A DNA stretch of 64,000 nucleotides from Candidatus Velthaea sp. (GTDB taxonomy: Bacteria; Vulcanimicrobiota; Vulcanimicrobiia; Vulcanimicrobiales; Vulcanimicrobiaceae), in contig CBDCCS010000016.1 in NCBI GenBank assembly GCA_965214935.1, positions 160,001 to 224,000 on the forward strand, written 5' to 3'. The position numbers and the translations under genes are program-made. Within the stretch, counting starts at the first letter, position 1, and every line of letters begins with the position of its first letter. The notes under the pieces are model-generated. The model worked only from the letters and a program-made list of their open reading frames with translations, was not told the origin of the DNA and ran no database searches. Of this stretch, positions 1 through 9,021 are shown in pieces.

Positions 1-2
1 CT

Positions 3-260
3 CTTTCGGCAGCGCGTCAACTTGCGCTGCTCGTAAGAATGCGAACGTTACTCGAGTGCGACGAGCAAACGCAGTTCATCATCGCGACTCACTCGCCGCT
101 CATCCTCGCGTATCCCGGTGCGCAGTTACTAACATTCGATCGCGGTGAAATCCAGCCCGTCACATACCGCGACACCGATGCGTTCGTCATCACCCGGCGT
201 TTTCTGGCGGACCCGGAGCGCGCATTTCGGGAGCTCTTCACGCCGGAAGCCGACGCCTAA
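3..260 (+). CDS. Predicted AAA/ABC-type ATPase, C-terminal fragment (truncated by window edge)
   Basis: Frame is open from base 3: LSAARQLALL...QFIIATHSPLILAYPGA, with the H-loop (ATHSP) of AAA_21-like ATPases. Confidence 0.8.
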   Translation, partial: LSAARQLALLVRMRTLLECDEQTQFIIATHSPLILAYPGAQLLTFDRGEIQPVTYRDTDAFVITRRFLADPERAFRELFTPEADA

Positions 261-916
261 AACAACCGGTCTTGTATCGCCGTTTGTTCGACGACCGGCA
301 CGGGCTCATCGAGTTTCGCGCGGACGAGCTTGAGATCGACGTAGACCAGGCGTTTCATGGCGTTGAGTTCGCCGCCGGTCTGGCGCAGGATGTACGCCGG
401 GTGGAACGTGGCAATCGTCGGAATGCCGCTCGGGCCGTCAAACCACTGGCCGCGCTGCTTAGTAATCGAGAACTTCTCGCCCATAAACGATTTTGCTGCG
501 GGCGCACCCAGCGCAAGCAAAACGCGCGGGCGAACGATTTCAATTTGCAAGTCGAGATACGGGCGGCAATTCTTCATTTCTTGCGGATCGGGCGCGCGAT
601 TGCGCAAGCGTTTGCCGTCATCGAAGGTTGGCCGGCATTTTACCGTATTGCAAATGAAGACGTCCTCGCGCGGCAAATCGATTGCCGCGAGCATCTTTTC
701 GAGCAATTCGCCGGCGCGGCCGACGAAGGGACGCCCGAGCCGGTCTTCGTTTTCGCCCGGTCCCTCGCCGACGACCATGAGTGCCGCGCACGGATCGCCT
801 TCGCCGTAAACACTATGCGTACGCGTCGAGCCGATGCCGCATTTTCGGCATGCTTCAACGACGGCAGCGCCTTCCTGTATTGCCCGTGCGCGCAGTCCGC
901 GTTCGATCAAACTCAT
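257..916 (-). CDS. Uracil-DNA glycosylase, family 4 (4Fe-4S)
   Basis: CRKC, GEGPG motif A, GRPFVGRAG, KCRP, HPAYILR motif B. Confidence 0.93.
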   Translation of the reverse strand: MSLIERGLRARAIQEGAAVVEACRKCGIGSTRTHSVYGEGDPCAALMVVGEGPGENEDRLGRPFVGRAGELLEKMLAAIDLPREDVFICNTVKCRPTFDDGKRLRNRAPDPQEMKNCRPYLDLQIEIVRPRVLLALGAPAAKSFMGEKFSITKQRGQWFDGPSGIPTIATFHPAYILRQTGGELNAMKRLVYVDLKLVRAKLDEPVPVVEQTAIQDRLF

Positions 917-1254
917 CGTGGCGGCGGCTCCAGCAGCACGGCTTCGCCGAACGCGAGCACACGCGTCGAACCGTCGGCCGCCTCTGAAGCTTGAAATTGC
1001 AAACGGACGATGCCGTTGGCGCCGAGGCCCTCGGCCTTCGCTAACAAGGCGACGAGCGACTCGGAGCGCGCGCGTTCCGCTTCGGTAAGATATTCCATCG
1101 TTGCGAGACCCATGAACGCACCAATGCTGCGAAACGTCGCGCGCAAAACGTTACGCGGGCGACTCGCATGACCGTAAGCAAAGCCGAAGGAGCGTACGAC
1201 GCGAAAGCCGTCGACGCGGTCGAACGTAACGACCGCTTCGGGCGCGATCGGCAT
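913..1254 (-). CDS. YbjQ/UPF0145 family (putative heavy-metal-binding) protein
   Basis: 113 aa; EYLTEAERARSESL...AEGLGANGIV...VLAFGEAV matches the YbjQ pattern; overlaps both neighbours by stop/start. Confidence 0.8.
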   Translation of the reverse strand: MPIAPEAVVTFDRVDGFRVVRSFGFAYGHASRPRNVLRATFRSIGAFMGLATMEYLTEAERARSESLVALLAKAEGLGANGIVRLQFQASEAADGSTRVLAFGEAVLLEPPPR

Positions 1255-2171
1255 CAGCTGCGCAGCGCGCGACGGATCGCGCTAACGCCGCCGGCGGCAA
1301 CGGCCAGATACAGAACGTAACGCCCGACGAGAGCAGCATTGAGCGCATAGAACCACCAGCGGCCGTGGTGCTTGATCCAATATCTACGTCGTGACCGCTG
1401 CTTGCGTTCTTCGACGCTATACTGACCTTTTGCACTGCCCTGGCCCTCATGCACCGCAACGCTGCCCGGTACGAACCACGTTTCCCAACCCGCGTCCGCG
1501 GCGCGTTTGGCAAAGTCGACTTCTTCATGATAGAGAAAATAGCGTTCGTCGAAGTCGCCGATTTGCGCGATGAGACTGCGCCGGATCGCAAGTGCCGCGC
1601 CGATCGCAAGATCGATCCGCCGCTCCGTGTCGGCGCGCCAGCCGCGCAGCGATGCACCGTTGGCATAACGCGCAAATATCGGCCACTCACCCCACGCGCT
1701 CGAACGCAGAAACGCCCCGGCCCAGGTGTCGAACTCCCCAACCGACTGTTGCACCGACCCGTCGTAGTTGAGAATCCGCGATCCGGCAATCCCGCAACGC
1801 GGGTGCGCATCGAGAAAGGCGATCATCGTCGCCAAAGCGCCGGCACGCAACTCGGCATCCGGATTGAGCAAGAACACGTACTCTGCCGACGTCGCCGCAA
1901 ATGCCCGATTGCACGCACCGGCAAAGCCGAGATTTTGCCCGTTTTCAACGATGCGGATGCGACCGTCGTAACGCGCGCGCAAGAATTCGCGACTGCCGTC
2001 GGTAGAGCCGTTATCCGAGACGACGACCTGAATCAATTCCGGTTGCGCGGCGACTTCGGGTAGCGCAAAAACCGAATCGAGCGCGGTGGTAATCTTATCA
2101 CGATCGTTCCAACATACGACGACGACATCCATGCGTGTTTGCGCGGCTGCCTCGGCGGGGCGATCGACCAT
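1254..2171 (-). CDS. Glycosyltransferase family 2 (GT2, WbbL-like)
   Basis: VVVVCWN, DNGSTDGS, NLGFAGACN, LLNPDA, FDERYFLYHEEVD. Confidence 0.92.
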   Translation of the reverse strand: MVDRPAEAAAQTRMDVVVVCWNDRDKITTALDSVFALPEVAAQPELIQVVVSDNGSTDGSREFLRARYDGRIRIVENGQNLGFAGACNRAFAATSAEYVFLLNPDAELRAGALATMIAFLDAHPRCGIAGSRILNYDGSVQQSVGEFDTWAGAFLRSSAWGEWPIFARYANGASLRGWRADTERRIDLAIGAALAIRRSLIAQIGDFDERYFLYHEEVDFAKRAADAGWETWFVPGSVAVHEGQGSAKGQYSVEERKQRSRRRYWIKHHGRWWFYALNAALVGRYVLYLAVAAGGVSAIRRALRS

Positions 2172-3284
2172 TACGCCGCACCGCTAAATTCGTCACGCCG
2201 TTGTAAATACGGCCACATGAACCCGTCGATATCACCGTCGAGTACCGCCGTGACGTTGCCCGTTTCGACGTTCGTCCGATGATCTTTCACGAGCTGATAC
2301 GGGTTGAGCACGTAGGAACGAATTTGCGAACCCCACTCGTTCGCTTTGCGTTCGCCGCGCAGTTCTGCGAGCTTCGCTTCGCGTTCTTCGCGTTCGCGCG
2401 CAATGAGTTTCGCCCGTAAAATCGTCATGGCAACGTCGCGGTTTTGCATCTGCGACCGCTCTTGTTGCGAGGCGACGATCGTGTTGGTCGGAACGTGAAT
2501 GATACGAATCGCCGATTCGGTTTTATTTACGTATTGGCCGCCGGCGCCACCGGCTTTGAACGTTTCGATGCGCAGATCTTCGGGCCGAATCTCGATATCG
2601 TCGGCATCGCCCGCTTCAATTTCCGGGACGACATCAACCTGCGCAAATGACGTTTGGCGACGGTGTGCTTGATCGAACGGCGAAATGCGGACGAGCCGAT
2701 GCACGCCGCGTTCACTTTCGAGCATTCCGTACGCGTTGCGCCCGCGCAAGAAAAACGTGATCGATCGCAAGCCGGCTTCTTCACCCGCGGCTTCCTCAGC
2801 AACTTGGGTCGTTAAGCCGTCACGTTCGGCCCACTTTGCGTACATTCGCGCGAGCATTGCGACCCAATCGGCTGCATCGGTACCGCCCGCGCCCGCGCGA
2901 ATCGTGACGATCGCTCCGTGCGCATCGTATGGACGGTCGAAATTCGCCGCCATTTCGAGCGTATCGAGGTCGGCTTGCGCGCGCGCGATCATCGCATCGA
3001 CGTCAACTTCAACGCCCGGTTCATCGCCCAGTACCTCGAGCATCTCGAGCGCTTCACGCAGCGAGCGCTCGACGCCGTCGATGCGGTCGACCTCATCGCG
3101 GAGGTCGGAAACCTGCTTCATTACGGCTTGCGCGTTTGTCGCATCGTTCCAAAAATCGTCGGAACGGGAACGTTCTTCGAGTTCGGCTACTCGCCGTTTC
3201 TTCGCGGCATGGTCAAAGCCGCACCTTGAGCGTTTCCAAACGCTCGCCGGCTTTTCCAATGACCGCAACTTGGGCTTCACTCAT
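2171..3284 (-). CDS. prfB: Peptide chain release factor 2, translated via programmed +1 frameshift
   Basis: SPF and GGQ motifs. True start is ATG 3284 (MSEAQVAVIGKAGERLETLKVRL), then CTT TGA C at 3218-3212 shifts into the long frame (DHAAKKRR...). Confidence 0.97.
3212..3227 (-). promoter_or_regulatory. prfB +1 ribosomal frameshift site
   Basis: Minus strand AAGGTG CGG CTT TGA C: internal SD-like element 3 nt before the canonical CTT-TGA-C slippery stop. Confidence 0.95.
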
Positions 3285-3409
3285 GAGCGCGACGTTTCTG
3301 GCGCCCGATTTGGTGTGCCTCCCACCGCGCCAAGGCTCGTCACGTGCCCTTAGCTTGGCGGCAATGACGCCAATGCGACCGTGGTCGCTCGGACGACGCA
3401 GACTTCATG

Positions 3410-3590
3410 TTACGGCGTGGCGACGGCGATCAAACAGCGGTCGCCGGCGGGACGCCCGTAGCGATCGTTGTTAAGACTTGAAGCAATCGATGTCGAGCAT
3501 CAGCAGCGAAAGATCGGCGGGAGACCGCTGCACGCGGCGAAGCTCGTGTTCCAACAGTTCGTCGAATCGGCGCCTTCGAGCAATTCCACT
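3410..3590 (-). pseudogene. Degenerate GGDEF-domain fragment
   Basis: Reads SGIARRRRFDELLEHELRRVQRSPADLSLLMLDIDCFKS* then, after a 1-nt shift, NDRYGRPAGDRCLIAVA; no start and no GGDEF motif left. Confidence 0.8.
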
Positions 3591-3612
3591 CGGCGGCCGG
3601 GCTGAGTTTCAC

Positions 3613-4830
3613 TTACAAAGCCGCGCCTTTTCGGGCATCGGAGCGTTCGAGCCGATAGTCGACCATCGGGGCAATGCGCACGCAGTTCCGGCCCGCCGCC
3701 TTCGCGGCGTAGAGCGCATCATCGGCAGCACGGATGAAATCCTCCGGACGCCGGTGTCGCTCGGCCGTAAACTCGGCAACACCCACGCTGACGGAAACGA
3801 CGGCCACCGGGCCTGCGGCATTCACGATCTGCAAATCTTCGATCGCCGCTCGGATATTGTGTGCCAGCACGGCGGCACCGTACGCGTCGGTACCGGGCAA
3901 AATAGCGACGAACTCTTCGCCGCCGTAGCGCGCAACGAGATCGGCCGGCCGCAGGATGGTTGCGGCAAACGCCTGCGCGACACGCTGCAAGCAGTCATCT
4001 CCCGCTTGATGGCCATACAGATCGTTAAAGCCTTTGAACGAATCGATGTCGAGCAACAAGATCGCGAGATCCGTCCCGTCCCGTTGTGCGCGCGCCGTTT
4101 CCGCGGCCAGCACTTCGTCCAAGCGCCGGCGATTCGCGATTCCGGTAAGAGCATCGGTCGCCGCCATCGTTGCAAGTTTGCCGTTTGCAGCGGCAAGTTC
4201 GTCGTTGACGCTACGAATTGCATCGAGTAACGCGAGATTCTGCTCGTTCATCACCAGAAACCCGACGATACGCTCGTAGAGGCGACTCGAAAGTCGAAAT
4301 GCGGCAAAGCCCTCGAAAATAACGGCCGCCGCAAGAATCTGATAGTAGGGATCGCGCATCGCCAAGGAAGCCAAAAACACCGGACCGATCCCAAGTACGA
4401 TTTGCCCGCGTGCCGCGAGCCGGCACGAGGCGTTACGCGCAGCGCTGCCGATGACGATGGCCGTCTTGACCGACAGCGCCAAAATCTGAAGCACCGGCGG
4501 AGCGTGCATGAGGATGACGAATGCCGTGGCACCGTAAACCGCGCCCATCGTCCAGGCTGCTGCCGTGAAACGGCGCAACCAAACGTCGACCGTCGGGCCT
4601 TCGCCCAGCGGCCGGCGGACAAAGGCGCGATCGAGCGCAACACGGATCGCCAGTACGAGCGCAATCGCAAGTGCCCAAATTACGAACCAGGCTTGATGGG
4701 TTTTCACCCCACCAACGATCGCTACGGCCAGGAGCGCTCCCCCGCCGATGACCATGATGGAAGTCTGCGTGAAGAGCAACGCGGTCAATTGCCAGCGGAC
4801 CGCTTCGCTCGTTGTGTCCGTCGCCTTCAC
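3613..4830 (-). CDS. Membrane-bound diguanylate cyclase (multi-TM + GGDEF)
   Basis: Hydrophobic N-terminal half; DALTGIANRR, DIDSFKGFNDLYGH, RPAD I-site, RYGGEEF, AKAAGRN. Confidence 0.95.
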   Translation of the reverse strand: MKATDTTSEAVRWQLTALLFTQTSIMVIGGGALLAVAIVGGVKTHQAWFVIWALAIALVLAIRVALDRAFVRRPLGEGPTVDVWLRRFTAAAWTMGAVYGATAFVILMHAPPVLQILALSVKTAIVIGSAARNASCRLAARGQIVLGIGPVFLASLAMRDPYYQILAAAVIFEGFAAFRLSSRLYERIVGFLVMNEQNLALLDAIRSVNDELAAANGKLATMAATDALTGIANRRRLDEVLAAETARAQRDGTDLAILLLDIDSFKGFNDLYGHQAGDDCLQRVAQAFAATILRPADLVARYGGEEFVAILPGTDAYGAAVLAHNIRAAIEDLQIVNAAGPVAVVSVSVGVAEFTAERHRRPEDFIRAADDALYAAKAAGRNCVRIAPMVDYRLERSDARKGAAL

Positions 4831-4940
4831 GAGGCTTGCTCGTCACAAGCGCTTCGCGGCACTCTCGGTACCATAGGAACAGTATCGGCAAAAAGCCGCC
4901 TCGTTCCGCAAACCGAGCGGATCGGCGAAACGCCGGCCGC

Positions 4941-5141
4941 CTAGAACGGCAGCAGCGTTTTTTGCCCGCTAAGGAAGAGCGCCACGGACGCGATCAGACC
5001 GCAAACGCCGCCGACCGCCAAGAGAATTCCGGCGCGATCCCGGACCCTGCGTTCGACCGAAGCGCGTAGCGCACGGATGACGCCGCCCGTTAGCGCCGCG
5101 ACGCTGCAGTAAAACACAGCCGCGGCGACCCCTTCGCTCAG
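4941..5141 (-). CDS. Small two-TM hypothetical protein downstream of secA (start uncertain)
   Basis: Two hydrophobic segments around a basic loop; in-frame CTG at 5141 overlaps the secA TGA. Confidence 0.55.
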   Translation of the reverse strand: MSEGVAAAVFYCSVAALTGGVIRALRASVERRVRDRAGILLAVGGVCGLIASVALFLSGQKTLLPF

Positions 5142-7861
5142 GCGGCGGCACCGTGGCAGCGCTTGTACTTTTTCCCCGAGCCGCACGGACACTGATCGTT
5201 CCGCCCGACCTTATCGGCGGCTGCTTTCGCCGGCGCAGGCGGGCTCTCGGCAAAATTCGTTCGCATGGTCGCGGTGGCCGAACGCGGAGCGGGGCCGAGG
5301 ATTCGCTGGGCTGCGGCCGGATCGAAGCGGGGCTGAGCCGCTGCCTGCGGCACCATCGCTCCGGCCGGAACCGGCTCGAAGGCGAGGTCGGGCAATGTGC
5401 TGGTCGCTAACCCATTGGCAGGCGGATCCGACGGACCCGATTCAGGCAAGAGCGGTACCGGCGGACCGCCGTCCTGCGGCGGTCCGTCTTCGCTGCGTTC
5501 GATACGAACGGCAAAAACGGCTTTGATCGCTTCGTCGGCGATATTATTTTTGAGATCCTCGAAAATCTCGTAAGCCTCTTTTTCATACTCGACGCGCGGA
5601 TCTTTTTGCCCGATGCTGCGCAGTCCGATTCCCGATTTAAGGGCGTCCATCACGTACAGATGGTCGACCCACATCCGGTCGATGATCGGCAACATAATAT
5701 ATTGCGACTCGATCATCCGCATGATATCGGGGGAAACTTCCGTTTCTTTGGCTTCATACGCCGTGCGGCCGACGCGAAGTAGCTCGGCCTTCATGCCGTC
5801 CCGATCGAGTTTCTCGAGATCTTCGGCGGCAACATGGTCGCGCACCGGAAACACGAGTTCAACTTCGCTCAGAATCTCGTCGAGGTCCCATTCGCTGGGA
5901 TGCTCGTCGGGCGGAGCGCCGCTGTCGACGGCATAATCGACTTTGCTCTTGAGCGTCTGCAACATGAAGTCACGCATCGGTTCGCCTTCGAGGACGCGGC
6001 GACGTTCACCGTAGATGATTTCGCGCTGCTTATTCATGACGTCGTCGTATTCAAGAACCTGTTTGCGAATTTCGTAATTATGATTTTCGACTTTTGATTG
6101 TGCGTTCTCGATCGAGCGCGATAAGATACCGGCTTCAATCGGCGTCTCATCGGTGAACTTCACGAAGTCCATCATTTTCTGTATGCGTTCGGCACCGAAA
6201 AGTCGCATGAGTTCGTCGTCGAGCGCGATGTAAAAACGCGTCGACCCCGGATCGCCCTGTCGCCCGGCCCGGCCGCGCAACTGGTTGTCGATACGGCGCG
6301 ACTCGTGGCGTTCGGTTCCGATAATGTGCAAACCGCCGACGGCCGCGACGCCGTCGCCGAGCTTGATGTCGACGCCGCGGCCGGCCATGTTGGTTGCGAT
6401 CGTGACGGCGCCCCATTGGCCGGCATCTTTAATGATTTGCGCTTCTTGCTCGTGGTACTTGGCATTGAGGACGTTGCACTCGACGCCGCGGCGCCGCAGG
6501 AGCATCGCTAACCGCTCGGACTTCTCGATCGAACGCGTACCGACGAGCACCGGCCGTCCACTTTCGTGTTCGTGGACGATCTCTTCAACCACGGCATCGA
6601 ATTTCGCATTCTCGGTCCGGTACACGATGTCGGCGCTGTCTTTGCGCGCCACCGAGCGATTCGTCGGCATCACGATGACGTCGAGCCCGTAAATCTCGCG
6701 AAATTCACGCTCTTCGGTCTTGGCGGTACCGGTCATACCGGCAAGCTTTCCATACAACCGGAAATAATTTTGAAAGGTGATCGTCGCGAGCGTTTGGTCT
6801 TCGCTGCGAACCGCCAACCCTTCTTTCGCCTCGATCGCTTGATGGATTCCGTCGGAATACCGCCGGCCATACATCAGCCGGCCGGTGAACTCATCGACGA
6901 TGACGACTTCACCGTCTTTGACGATATATTGCTGGTCGCGATGGAAGAGATTCCACGCTTTGAGTGCCGCGTTGAGCTGATGCGTTAATTCGAGATTGCG
7001 CTGGTCGTACAGGTTCGAGACGCCGAGCATTTTCTCGACCTTGCTCACGCCGCTTTCGGTAACCGGTACGGCGTGCGCTTTTTCATCGACGGTGAAGTCT
7101 TCGTCTTTACGTAAGCGCGGAACGACCTGCGCAAATTTTCCGTAAAGCTCCGTCGCGTCGTGGCCCTGACCGCTGATGATAAGCGGCGTGCGAGCTTCAT
7201 CAATGAGGATCGAATCGACTTCATCGACGATGGCGTAACTCAGCGGCCGCTGCACCATGTCTTCGAGTCGCCAAGCCATGTTATCGCGCAAGTAATCGAA
7301 GCCGATTTCATTGTTCGTGACGTACGTGATATCGGATTCGTACGCGACGCGGCGCGCGGCCGAGTCAAGATCGTGCTGAATGACGCCGACCGTCATCCCT
7401 AAAAAGTTATAGAGCGGCGACATCCATTCGGCGTCGCGCTTGGCTAAGTAGTCGTTGACGGTTACGACGTGTACGCCTTTGCCGGCAAGTGCGTTGAGAT
7501 AAACCGCGAGGGTCGCGACGAGCGTCTTTCCCTCGCCGGTCCGCATTTCGGCGACTTTCCCTTCATGCAAAACCTGTGCGCCCATGATCTGCACGTCGAA
7601 ATGCCGCATCTGCATCACGCGCTTACCGGCTTCGCGAACGACGGCGAAGGCCTCGGGCAACAGCTCGTCGAGCATGTCGCGCGTCTGATCGGCCGACGTT
7701 GAAATGGCCAAGCGCGTCTTAAACTCAAGGGTCTTCGCGGCCAGCGCCTCATCGCTGAGTGCGGCCGTTTGCGGCTCGAGCGCGTTCACGCGCTCGGCCG
7801 TCCGCCGCAACCGGTTAACCTCGCGTTCGTTACTATCAAACAGGGTCTTGAGGAAAGCCAT
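5138..7861 (-). CDS. secA: Preprotein translocase subunit SecA
   Basis: [35 protein letters not shown]-terminal [23 protein letters not shown]. Confidence 0.99.
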   Translation of the reverse strand: MAFLKTLFDSNEREVNRLRRTAERVNALEPQTAALSDEALAAKTLEFKTRLAISTSADQTRDMLDELLPEAFAVVREAGKRVMQMRHFDVQIMGAQVLHEGKVAEMRTGEGKTLVATLAVYLNALAGKGVHVVTVNDYLAKRDAEWMSPLYNFLGMTVGVIQHDLDSAARRVAYESDITYVTNNEIGFDYLRDNMAWRLEDMVQRPLSYAIVDEVDSILIDEARTPLIISGQGHDATELYGKFAQVVPRLRKDEDFTVDEKAHAVPVTESGVSKVEKMLGVSNLYDQRNLELTHQLNAALKAWNLFHRDQQYIVKDGEVVIVDEFTGRLMYGRRYSDGIHQAIEAKEGLAVRSEDQTLATITFQNYFRLYGKLAGMTGTAKTEEREFREIYGLDVIVMPTNRSVARKDSADIVYRTENAKFDAVVEEIVHEHESGRPVLVGTRSIEKSERLAMLLRRRGVECNVLNAKYHEQEAQIIKDAGQWGAVTIATNMAGRGVDIKLGDGVAAVGGLHIIGTERHESRRIDNQLRGRAGRQGDPGSTRFYIALDDELMRLFGAERIQKMMDFVKFTDETPIEAGILSRSIENAQSKVENHNYEIRKQVLEYDDVMNKQREIIYGERRRVLEGEPMRDFMLQTLKSKVDYAVDSGAPPDEHPSEWDLDEILSEVELVFPVRDHVAAEDLEKLDRDGMKAELLRVGRTAYEAKETEVSPDIMRMIESQYIMLPIIDRMWVDHLYVMDALKSGIGLRSIGQKDPRVEYEKEAYEIFEDLKNNIADEAIKAVFAVRIERSEDGPPQDGGPPVPLLPESGPSDPPANGLATSTLPDLAFEPVPAGAMVPQAAAQPRFDPAAAQRILGPAPRSATATMRTNFAESPPAPAKAAADKVGRNDQCPCGSGKKYKRCHGAAA

Positions 7862-7939
7862 ACGAGCTATAACCGTTCGGCGCGTAATCCGGTTCCCCGG
7901 CTTACTCGATGAGTGCCGGCACCCCGTCCGGCATACGTT

Positions 7940-8131
7940 TTAAGTCGCAGCCGGGCTTGGCGCGGCAGCACCGGATTGCATGGTCGACGCGCCGCTCGTT
8001 GTATCCGCCGACGAGCCGGCCGAGCCGACGCCGCTCTTACTCAAGAAAAAGAACACGAGCAAAACAACGACGGCGACGGCAATTGCTCCGATCGCATATC
8101 GCTGTGCTTCGTTCCGCACGGTGTTGTTCAT
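7940..8131 (-). CDS. Small single-TM hypothetical protein (63 aa)
   Basis: ATG 8131 preceded by AAAGG; TM AIGAIAVAVVVLLVFFFL then Ser/Ala/Thr-rich tail. Confidence 0.65.
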   Translation of the reverse strand: MNNTVRNEAQRYAIGAIAVAVVVLLVFFFLSKSGVGSAGSSADTTSGASTMQSGAAAPSPAAT

Positions 8132-8190
8132 GGCACGACCTTTCGTTCGAAGCTGCACGTACCCCGCGTGCCGGCTGCCGACACACGACA

Positions 8191-9021
8191 TTAGCGGTCG
8201 TCGAGGCGATTCTTCTGCGGGTGATTGAGCTGCTCGGGAGCAACCCGGGCAAGCATCGTCCCGACGGTCACGAACGTGTATCCGGCCGACTTGTAGCGTG
8301 CAACGAGCGCCGGCAAAAGATCGATCGTGGCGCGTCGCCCGCTATGCAGTAGTACGATCTCGGGCGCCGTTGCATGCGCGAAGATATGCGCCTCGAGCGT
8401 GGCGGCGGAGACCGAGCGCCAATCGCCCGGATCGTCGTTCCACAAGACGGTGTCGTAGCCGGCGGCCTGCACGACGCGCAGCGTCGCTTCACGATAACGC
8501 CCGTGCGGGGGACGCATCAGCGTGCGAAGCGCCGGATCGGCGGCGGTTTTGCCGAGCTCGTCTGCACCGAGCACGATTTCGCGGCGCACGGCGGCGTCGT
8601 CGAGCCGGTCGAGATCCGGATGCGTCAGCGTATGATCGGCGATTTCAAAATGTCGCGCGGCGACACGCCGCACGAGTTCGGGATACTGCTGGCCGTCACG
8701 GCCGATGAAAAAGAAGGTTGCCGGGACGTGCAGTTCGTCGAGCGTATCGAGCAGCAACGGCGTATCGACCGGATACGGTCCGTCGTCGAAGGTCAGCGCA
8801 ATGAGCTTCACGTGCGGTCCCGACGGCGGAGCGTTGCCGTGCACGAGCCGGTCCCAGCGCACGGCGAGCGACGGTGACAGCAAGCGATGCACGTCCATCG
8901 CCGGCGTGACGACGGCCGGCGCACTTAACGCGTCGGTTCGTCGCCATACCCGGTACGCGCCGTAAACGGCGATTGCCGCGATGAGCGCGACAACGATAAG
9001 GAGCCGCCCGCTGCGCGTTAT
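8191..9021 (-). CDS. Polysaccharide deacetylase (NodB/CE4) with N-terminal membrane anchor; start uncertain (ATA 9021 proposed, first ATG 8898)
   Basis: ALTFDDGP, HTLTHPDL, RPPHG, DPGDW, IVLLH; in-frame TM segment upstream of the first ATG. Confidence 0.9.
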   Translation of the reverse strand: MTRSGRLLIVVALIAAIAVYGAYRVWRRTDALSAPAVVTPAMDVHRLLSPSLAVRWDRLVHGNAPPSGPHVKLIALTFDDGPYPVDTPLLLDTLDELHVPATFFFIGRDGQQYPELVRRVAARHFEIADHTLTHPDLDRLDDAAVRREIVLGADELGKTAADPALRTLMRPPHGRYREATLRVVQAAGYDTVLWNDDPGDWRSVSAATLEAHIFAHATAPEIVLLHSGRRATIDLLPALVARYKSAGYTFVTVGTMLARVAPEQLNHPQKNRLDDR

